From Adineta vaga (Eukaryota > Animalia > Rotifera), in assembly GCA_021613535.1 (NCBI GenBank), contig CP075496.1, positions 13,082,001-13,146,000 of the forward strand: 64,000 bases of DNA. Reading direction: 5' to 3'. Position 1 is the first letter of the stretch; each line of letters begins with the position of its first letter. A model generated the notes under the pieces. It was not told where the DNA came from, searched no databases, and saw only the letters and a program-made list of their open reading frames with translations. Below are positions 54,897 to 64,000 of the stretch, one piece after another. A program made the position numbers and the translations under genes.

Positions 54897-57800
54897 TTAT
54901 GTTTGAACATCACCATAGGTACCTTGTTGAGCACGGTAATGTTCCGGAAATGTTAATAATTGAAAATATGAAAACGCATATGCTTTGCAACCTGTATTGG
55001 CAAGTGCATTTTCGATTGATGTTCCATTACATCGAAACTGATTAAGTATCTCTTGTAAATCATGCTTGTCGACATTATGATTATTCAAAAGTAATTGTCC
55101 TTGTTCTAATGTGAAACCCATCGAAGTACGATCTTTAGCACTTTTACAACCAGTTACTCGTACACCATATGCTCGACGACAAATCTAAAATATGATTTCA
55201 CACAAATTAAAAACAAAACAATAACTTTTTCAATTGTTGTCTATTACTTTTTCAGCAAGTGGAAAAATGTGAACATTTTTTGGTTTATTCGATCGGATTG
55301 AATGTTCTAGTTGTTTCAACAAATCAGGAATATCCTCTAAAGAATATATTCACTATTTTCAAAGATGTGGTTCATATCTCATAAATACCAGGCAAATAAT
55401 TCAGACTTTTGTTGATGAATGCTTTGAGTTTATCTAAATTGTTATGATTAAGATCACTTTCGACTTGAGTTGTTGAGAATAGATTCAATCTAGGAAACAA
55501 AATAATTTGAATTATGTATTAATATATTTCATTCGTTTCTATTCTCTTTATAACTTACGTCAATACTCGTGCAGCCAATGCTCGTTCATTGATACCGATA
55601 TTGAATACTACTGGTACAATTCGAATAGATCCACCATCTTTTAATTCTTGTGGTAATTTAGCAAACATAGCAACAGGTAGAGGTATGACAACTTTACAAT
55701 AAAATCTTGTACCAAAAAATCGAGGCTGTAGTAAATCATTATTTGCAGTTGCAGGAACGAAGCGTACATGAACATGTTCTAAAGCATGGATGGCTTCAAC
55801 AGAATCTTCAAGCATACCTAATTCATCACCGTCACATGTCAGAAGATATTCGAAAGACATCAACAATCCTAAAACGAATAGGATAAATTATGCAAGAGAG
55901 AAGAAAAGATGTTTATGTTGATTTTTCAAATAAATTTATGATGGAAAAAGAAATTAAGTCATTAAATATTTCATGCGATGAAAAGGAATGATCGATTTTC
56001 TGTTGGTAAAAACACTGAGAGGTTTTTTCGGTGCTACTGTTTTCAATATAATGACAACACGTGATGGATTCAATTCTGATTGCATAGGAAAACTTAAACA
56101 TATCGCCGGTGGTAAAGTAAGTGGAATAGCTGATCGTGAAGGGTTGATTTTAGGAAGTTTTTTCAAGGTATCACTTGAAAAACTAGTGTCTGTTTTCATC
56201 TTTTTCGATGGTGGTTTGATTGTTGGAGGATTTGTTCGTTTAATTTGGGGTGTCACTGGTGTTGTCGATGGCGGTGGTGGTGGTGGTGGGAGAAGAGGAG
56301 GTAATTTAATGGATGAAAATCGTGATCTTGGTACTTCTTTTACAGTATTTTGATATGATTTTGTTCGTCGATGAGCACGTTTTATTGGTACCACCTGATC
56401 TGGTAGTAAATGATATGTCTTCGGTTTTGCAAGTCGATTGACAGTTTCCATAGAAAATACTGTTATTGGATTGCGAGCACGTGGTCGTGGAGTTGAAGAA
56501 ATTTTCGGGAGAGTTTTCGTCGAAGTCTCTGCCGATAAGTGAATTTTTTGTTTCTTACGATTTTCGAACAATGTTGATGATGCCATTGATTGATGAGTAC
56601 TAGTTGTGATAGTTGTTGGTATCAAAGATAACGTAGATGTATACAATGGCGGAATCGAATCTAAAGAAGTTCTCGATGGAGTGCGAGACAAAAGTGAATT
56701 CGCGTCGTTTGAACAGTAACTAGGTGGTCGATGTTGATATCGACTTTTAACAATTCGTCGATTAAATTCTTCAACACTACCTAACAATGGTAGTCTTTCA
56801 TCTTTTTTCACTATCGATGCGATCAGACTATCATTTGTTTTCTTTTGTTCTCTTTCACTCCGTCTTACATCACGTAATGGATTATCGATATCACTGAAAG
56901 TCTTTTCAAAACTAGATTTAAAACTCGTATGTTGTTGTGACAATTGATCAAAACGATTGAGAAGATTATCAATTGAATGTAGTACAGGAAACATCATTTT
57001 CTTACTATGTATGTTCGTAAGAAATATAGAACGATGAAGTGAAATAAAGTTAAGTATTAACAATCACATAAAAAATATCGATAATAGTTCATTTTCTTTA
57101 TGAAATGTATGAAAAAATAACAATACATTTCAAGTTTTTTTTTCTCTCCTCGTCTACTTTTTGTATACTTACCATTATTAATGTAAAGCTTCCATGCTTG
57201 ATCACTAATTTTAACAGACGATAGAAGAACATATACAGAGAATATAAGACATGTTAACTAGAAAAATAAGAAATCAAAACAATAACAATGAGAGTTATAA
57301 AAAAAATAGGTATGATAATTACCGCTTGAGAAAAAGCAATGTCAAAACGTTCTCGAAATACTTCAGGATATCGTTCAATTTCCATATTTTCTTGAAATAT
57401 ATATCGAATAATATGTTTACATGTATGACGTTCAAGTTCATCGGCAATCAATTTAAGATTATTTAGTTGTGTCTTGCCAAATGTTTGTTCATCTTTGTTC
57501 ATCGATTGTTTTATCTCTTCTGTTAGTTTTCGAGCTTTATCTTGTATCGTTTCCTTCAAAAGAGGAGATTTAAATGATTCAAATATATTTAAAAGCTATG
57601 ATTTATTTTACATACATTCGATTGAGAGACTTCCTCGGTGGGAACTCTCGATATCAACGGGTTGATAATAACTTGTCCAGTAGAATTAGCTATTGTATCT
57701 AGATCTTTAGTTGAATATTCAAGTAAAGAAGAAACCTAACGAAAATAGGAAAATAAAGTGCAGTTTTTTTTAATGATCTTTCGTTATTTAACAAACTTAC

Positions 57801-58823
57801 AGCTTTGACAACTCTTTGTAGAGATAATCTTAATACAGAACGTTCAACATTTGTAGAAGGACTTTCTAGAATATGGGTTAAATGATCCAATGCATCCTCA
57901 ATATCACTATTAAGAATCAAAACATCTTGTAATTTCTCTTGTAAAAAACGTAGACGTTTATTTGACTCAATAATATTCGCCTTCATTCTTCGTAAACCGC
58001 CATGCGAAAAACGTGAATGATGTACAGCAGGTGCACCTAATGTCACTGTATTATAAATTGCCTCTGAAAGATAATTCAATGGAGAAAAACAAACATCAAC
58101 AATATAAATCATTCGTCTGATAAAATACTTTGTGAAGGATCATCACCACTACTAACTAATAATTGTTGAAGATGTAAATTCATTGGAACATGTGCAATTT
58201 CAGGTTTCATACGTTCAATAGAACGACGAAATAGACGTCCTAAATTCATATGCATTGAAGATGCAAATGTGAAAAATTTAAATCATACCATTACATTCAC
58301 TTTCATAAGTTTGAATAGCTCCAATTATATCCGTATAACGTTGAATAAAATCTTTATAAATTCGAATACAATTAAGTCGATGAATTTCTTCTCCACTACT
58401 TAACTATAAATATTTCACTTAAATTCTTATCATAATTAATAAATCAAAATTGAATTACAAACCGTTCCTAATTCTTCCGCAAATCGAATAAATTTTCCTG
58501 CACGTTTTAAATAAAATCGTCTAAAGAATCGAATTCATATACAAAGAAATTTATGTTGTAATATTTTCTTACAAATAACAAACAGGCGTGGAAAAATTTC
58601 CATCATATTCTGACATTAACTGAACGACATTGATCTTTTTAGTTCGATCTTTGGTTCGAAATTCAAAATGTCTTGGTACGAAATTACTTGCAATCTGTTT
58701 CAAGTTAATCTTTTCATTATCAATAAATGATACCATTGATTGAGGAATAACAACAGCTGGATTTGAATCCTCTGGTTTTGTTCCAACTTTTATATCAACT
58801 ACTGTATTGGCCAATGATGCCAT
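54897..58823 (-). CDS. INPP4: Inositol polyphosphate 4-phosphatase (INPP4A/B family)
   Basis: Catalytic CX5R motif VTGCKSAKDRTSMGFTLEQ; HVPMNLHLQQL; YNTVTLGAPAVH; FDIAFSQALT; GLLMSFEYLLTCDGDELGMLED; PVVFNIGINE. Possible extra in-frame upstream exon from ATG 58917. Confidence 0.92.
55954..56997 (-). CDS. Intronless 347-aa basic Pro/Ser/Thr-rich ORF nested in INPP4 intron 55869-57172
   Basis: Uninterrupted frame of more than 1 kb in strongly AT-rich DNA, with coding-like composition; first ATG at 56997; the flanking INPP4 exons join in frame (YINN-G-LLMSF) without it. Confidence 0.75.
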   Translation of the reverse strand: MMFPVLHSIDNLLNRFDQLSQQHTSFKSSFEKTFSDIDNPLRDVRRSEREQKKTNDSLIASIVKKDERLPLLGSVEEFNRRIVKSRYQHRPPSYCSNDANSLLSRTPSRTSLDSIPPLYTSTLSLIPTTITTSTHQSMASSTLFENRKKQKIHLSAETSTKTLPKISSTPRPRARNPITVFSMETVNRLAKPKTYHLLPDQVVPIKRAHRRTKSYQNTVKEVPRSRFSSIKLPPLLPPPPPPPSTTPVTPQIKRTNPPTIKPPSKKMKTDTSFSSDTLKKLPKINPSRSAIPLTLPPAICLSFPMQSELNPSRVVIILKTVAPKKPLSVFTNRKSIIPFHRMKYLMT

Positions 58824-59448
58824 CTGAAATAATCAATCAGATAAGTATATATCACCTAACTGGACATACTTGTCGTTTGATCGATATGGTTTTAAATATA
58901 AGTAAATATTGACGCATATATTTTACATCTAGGCACAATGAAAAACCATAAAGAGATTATCATTTTATGTGTCATATTCTATAAAAAGAATATTTAGTCA
59001 AAACAATGCACTGAGAGTACATGAAAAAAGAACAAACAAACGTACGAGTTGATTCGTCTTGTTTTTTTTCGTATCTTATGCACTAATATGATGTTTTTAA
59101 GAAAGTTTATTTCTTTTGAAAAAACATAAAAATAAAGAGAATCAACGACTACAAACAACAACAACAACAGTAATAATAAACAAAACACGCAAAGAAGAAA
59201 ACAATAAATAATCCACCGTCGAGTATTTTTCTATTCTTTATGCGTTCGTTTCTTTTCTTTTTACCTTTTCTCAACAAAAATTATAGAAATATGATCATAA
59301 TATATCAATGCTTGGCTTCTTTTGTTTTATCTCGCATATAAATAAGAACGAAAAAAGAGAAACAAAACAAATAAAAATAAAACACGTTTGTTTTTTGTTT
59401 TCATACAAACACATTCACACACGCACACATATAAATATAAGAATATAT

Positions 59449-60687
59449 TTATTCATCATTTTCACTTGAAGCAGCTCCAGCACTACCTGCTCCATTAACA
59501 TCATTATTTGCTTGACGAGATTTGCGTTGGCTTGGACTCTTTCTCGGTGAACGATCTAAATGAGAACAAAATTTATGAACTTTGGCAAATATTTCATTCT
59601 TTTTATGTTTTACTTTGAGAAAGATGATGTTTTGGAATCCAATCTGGATCATAACTGCCTTTGCTTTGTTGATTTCCAAGAAGACTTTGTGAGCTTTGTT
59701 TACCACCCATACGTTTAACACGATTTGAAAGTAAATATTGATAGCCTAAAAATCCCAAGAGTACGAGAACGGCAAAAAGAAAGACGTAGAGAAAGAATCT
59801 AAAGCAGAGACGAAAATGTTTTTAAAACTTCAATAACTTCGATTAATCTTACGTTTCTCCATCAAATCCTTCATCGGCATCAGTGAGATTAACAGTTTGA
59901 TTGAAGACAACATTTTGGAAACGTTTTCCTTCCTAAACACGAAAGAAAAGATTTTTGTTCAACAAAAAAACATCGAATCAATGGAAATTCTTATTACATT
60001 ATCTCGGTAGTTGATTAAAACAACTAGACCCATTGGTCGACCATTGAATGTTTCACTTGGCATGAATAAATATTCGAATGTAGCTTCTAGACCAGGTTCA
60101 AGAACTTTTTCTGATCGTAATGATGTAAAATTTTGAATATAATAAGTAAAATCTTGTGGATAACGGAATGAACCATCAATAGATTCAACCACGAAATTTT
60201 GTGTACCGTTATTACGAGTACCAACAAGTAAACGAGTTAATTTACCAGCAATTAATTCTGTCATATAAACATAGATCGATGGAAATTGAATTTATTCAAA
60301 AGTAGAACACTCACCATTAGTTTTTGCTGGTTGAATAAAAACATTTACTGTACGAAAATCTGGTGATGATGGAATGCGTGTTGGATCTTCATCTTCTTTT
60401 CCTTCCTAAAGAAACAATTGAACGACAATTCTTCTCTTAATATCTTCACCTACAAGAATATCATTTGGTGGTGTAACAGTATCATCTACACGTGAAGCGG
60501 GTTCTTCTTCATCATCTATTTCAACATCAGCTTCGACTATATCTTCTTTACCATGAACTACTAAAAAAATCAAAAGAAAACTTTCGATTGAACATGTACA
60601 TATTTTCGTTTATTTTTCTTTACCTGTAGTGGAAAAAAAGAGTAAACCGAAGATAGTCAAAAATGCAAAGACTCGAGTTATATTCAT
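59449..60687 (-). CDS. SSR1: Translocon-associated protein subunit alpha
   Basis: Signal peptide; acidic N-terminal region; ELIAGKLTRLLVG, GSFRYPQDFTYYIQNFT, EATFEYLFMPSETFNGRPMGLVVLINYRD, FNQTVNL...EGFDGETFFLYVFL, DWIPK, RSPRKSP. Confidence 0.95.
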
Positions 60688-61064
60688 TTTTAAATCTAAG
60701 ATAATGATGGAAAAAGCTATAATAATAATTAAAATAAAAACTACGATGATACATGGATAGAAGTTCAAGATTTTACCAACGAACACGCATACCTTTTTTC
60801 CATAACCAATCATATGTTGATATCCATCTGGGTCGGATTTTTTTCTCGGAAAAAAAACTAAAACTATCGCTTGAAAATCAAGAAATTGTTTCTTTAAGAA
60901 TATTTCTTTCTTCCAATCGAATTTATTACCGACATCTTTTTCTCTTCTCTTTGATTAACAAAACAACATGGACAATGGCAAATGCTCTTTCTATTGGTTC
61001 ATTAAGATATATAACCCAGTAATCGGTCGTTGATCAATTACTTGCTCAATCAAAATATCGAAAA
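60688..61064. promoter_or_regulatory. Probable bidirectional promoter SSR1/orphan gene
   Basis: Divergent start codons 377 bp apart. Confidence 0.4.
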
Positions 61065-61577
61065 ATGTCGACTCTTTGTCGTTTTGTATTACCAACAGCG
61101 TTATCATCAATTGAAGAAGCATGTGTAGCCGAATTTAATGAATTTAAAAAACGTAAGAAGGAGATAGCACAAAATAAATCGTCAGCAAAACGTTTAACAA
61201 ATACAGCGGGAGGAATAACAACAAATCTAACAAGTTCGAATGATTCATCCCGTCATTCAAAAGATTCCATACGAAATCCTGAACAAGCAAAAGAAGCAGC
61301 AAAAAAACTTGTTCAAAGTGGTGCTATTAAAGTTCAAGCACAAGGTAAAGATCAAGGTTTTAAACGTGCATCATCGAATTCAGGTCAAGAACGTCTTATT
61401 AAAAAAATTGGTTTAACACCAAATACATCATCATCATCACCATCAACAGTGAATCAATCGAATCCATTTCAATCGATTTCATTTGTTAGTCCAAGTTCGA
61501 CACCTAAATTTGTACATACGAATTCTCATGAAAACAAACGAAATGTTGTTAATTATGATGATACAGACACTTATTAA
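61065..61577 (+). CDS. Uncharacterised intronless 170-aa basic protein
   Basis: AAAAATG start context, host-like codon usage, NLS-like FKKRKKE, acidic tail VVNYDDTDTY. Confidence 0.7.
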   Translation: MSTLCRFVLPTALSSIEEACVAEFNEFKKRKKEIAQNKSSAKRLTNTAGGITTNLTSSNDSSRHSKDSIRNPEQAKEAAKKLVQSGAIKVQAQGKDQGFKRASSNSGQERLIKKIGLTPNTSSSSPSTVNQSNPFQSISFVSPSSTPKFVHTNSHENKRNVVNYDDTDTY

Positions 61578-61663
61578 AGATGTTCTTCTTTTGTTTATAT
61601 ATACATAAATATATATTTCTAGATTTAAAGAAAAGAAAAGGTATAGTTTAATTTTATTGAACG

Positions 61664-62999
61664 ATGAGTCGAACTGCTTCAGCTGGTTTCGATCGTGATA
61701 TTACAATCTTCTCACCAGAAGGTCGACTTTATCAAGTTGGTTAGTAATTAAACAAATAAACTCTTTTCAACATAATTACTTACATATATATAACTTTTTT
61801 TTATTATTATTTAGAATATGCTTTCAAAGCAATTAATCAAGGTGGTTTAACTACAGTAGCTATACGTGGTACTGATTGTGTTGTTGCCATTGCTCAAAAG
61901 AAGATTCCGGTTAGTGTATAATTCCTTAAATAAATTCAGAAAAGATAATACTGATCGAAACTGAACATCCCAAGAGACATGAACTGAAGGGAATGAACTC
62001 AAAATGAAACGACTAATTTTTTCTATGGATGACCATGCAATGGGATAGAATGGATCGAATTGTCCCAGGAGACATTCCTTTTTTGAAACTATACTTCATT
62101 CTTTTGCAATGTTAGAATGAAGTTGAACTGTCTTTTATACGCAATTTCAATCATGATTACTTCTTCTTTTCATCGTATAGGACAAACTTCTCGATCCATC
62201 ATCCGTTACTCATTTACATGCAATTACACCAACTGTAGGATGTTTAATGACTGGCATGGTTGGTATGTACAAACGGTTTCGTATCTTCTTCTTGATTTAA
62301 TGATTCTAATTTTTGAATTATATAGCTGATTCTCGTTGGCAAGTTCAACGTGCTCGATACGAAGCTGCTTCATGGAAATATAAATTTGGTTATGATATAC
62401 CGGTGGATGCTATTTGTCGTCGTGTTGCTGATATTTCACAAGTTTACACGCAAGAAGCTGAAATGAGACCACTTGGATGTTGTAAGAAAATATGAAATAT
62501 TTATCGATTTTTTTCTATTTCTTCAATGAATTTTGCTAATATTTAGGTATGATTCTATTTGGTATGGATGAAGAAAAAGGTCCAATGCTATATAAAACTG
62601 ATCCAGCTGGTTATTTCTGTGGATTTCGTGCAACTAGTGCTGGTGTTAAACAAACTGAAGCAAATAATTTCTTAGAAAAACGTATTAAGAAAAAAGCAGA
62701 TTTAAATTTTGATGAAGCAATCGAAGTAAGATAAAAAATGCACGTAAATATATGGAAAAATGAATTCCAACAATATACTTTTTTAGTTAGCAATTTCAAC
62801 TTTATCGAGTGTACTTTCAACTGATTTAAAACCAAATGAAATTGAAATTGGTATTGTGACAAAAGACAATGTTCAATTTCGGTTTGTTTGTTTACTTTGT
62901 TTTGAATAACAAAATAAATGATTGTTCGTTTTTATTTTTAGAGTCTTAACTGAAAGTGAAGTAGAACAACATTTAACACGAATTGCCGAGAAAGAATAA
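61664..62999 (+). CDS. PSMA6: Proteasome subunit alpha type-6
   Basis: [36 protein letters not shown]; [21 protein letters not shown]; [14 protein letters not shown]; [11 protein letters not shown]; ends IAEKE*. Confidence 0.97.
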
Positions 63000-63169
63000 A
63001 CAAATTTTCAAATTATCATTCACGAACAATACGTTCTAAAAATCCAGAAATTGTTGTTATTCACCTTTTCTTTTCTTTTGTTTTTTATTATTATTACTAT
63101 TATTGTGATGAAGTAAAACATCCTTCAGCCTATCTTTCATTTCAGATAGAAACGATCGTCATTATATGG

Positions 63170-64000
63170 ATGGCGACGGTTAATATCTTCTTTTCGATCG
63201 TATTCATTACGATCTTAGCATTTAATGCAATCGAATCTAGTACTTCTGGCCATGTTCTCTCCAGTCGAAGCGATCCGTCTGTTCGCGATCGTTTACCAAA
63301 AATTGAAATGAATGCAACCAGTCATTCAATTGTAATGACTCTTCATCCAGCAACTATTAATGATGATACAATCAAACGTTTTCGTTTTCAATATGGAATT
63401 AATTTTCCATATCAACATACACTTTATATAAATAAAAATCAAACTTCTTTATTTATTGATAAACTTGGTAAAAATGCGAAATCATATATTCGATGATGAT
63501 TATTAAATATTTCTTGTGTTTTTTTAGAACCAAATCAGAAATATATTTTTTCATTGATTGCACTTGATGAAAATAATAATACTGTCATTCCTGAACAATT
63601 CTATGATTTTCAAATGCCATCCGAAGGTAATTCATACTTGAAAAATTGAATATAAACTTCAAGAAACAATGTTTCTTTTTAACTTCTGTAGATGATGATC
63701 GTCAACCACCAAAAACTCCGTTGGAATTAAATTTAATTCCTCGTTCGAAAACATCTGTTCTTCTTCAATGGACTGATGTTGATTATCCAAAAACGAGTCG
63801 TTTACCTTCATCACGTCGTTATAAAATTCAAGTAAATGAATTAGATCTGAATCAACAAGTTGTTAAACAACAAGAACTTGTATCAAATAATGAACAATCA
63901 CATTTAATTGAAAACTTAAAACCATTAACAAATTATGAATTCGCCGTTCGAACAATTGATGGTGATCTTGAAAGTGATTATTCATTAGCAATTGAATATT
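63170..64000 (+). CDS. Secreted or membrane fibronectin type III protein, 3' end outside window
   Basis: Signal peptide; FN3 signatures PPKTPLELNL...SVLLQWTD...YKIQV...IENLKPLTNYEFAVR and IDKLEPNQKYIFSLIA. Confidence 0.85.

Noticed and set aside
55988-56353. Antisense ORFs overlapping real exons (also 35840-36091, 47778-48068, 9644-9973)
   Set aside because: Shadow or alternative frames of the true coding sequences
1-64000. CRISPR arrays, prokaryotic defence operons, horizontally acquired genes, SL RNA, tRNA or rRNA genes
   Set aside because: No repeat-spacer pattern; all recognisable genes are intron-containing metazoan types; no RNA gene recognised by eye (a covariance-model search is needed to exclude them)

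Overview
AT-rich, intron-dense animal DNA, not prokaryotic: most introns are about 50-70 nt GT-AG, and there is no CRISPR array or rRNA/tRNA that I can recognise. Composition and intron size suggest a bdelloid rotifer (inference, not proven). Manual splicing gives about 19 protein genes: NIPP1/PPP1R8 (5' truncated), a CEP85-like coiled-coil protein, TBCK, MCEE, an ARHGAP6-like RhoGAP, FSIP1, RIC8, DNAJC1, an orphan Ser/Thr-rich gene, CPTP/GLTP, an LRR type-I membrane protein, NIPA2, OGT, INPP4, SSR1, an intronless orphan, PSMA6, an FN3 protein (3' truncated) and an ORF nested inside INPP4. Most notable: (1) a 347-codon intronless ORF on the same strand inside a 1.3 kb INPP4 intron, whose ATGATG would overlap the stop codon of a truncated INPP4 splice form; (2) same-strand gene runs with 86-170 bp stop-to-start gaps and unpaired splice acceptors, suggesting SL-trans-spliced operons; (3) an LRR receptor with a possible membrane/secreted exon switch; (4) an INPP4 without room for its C2 domain. 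Gene identities come from remembered family motifs, not database searches.
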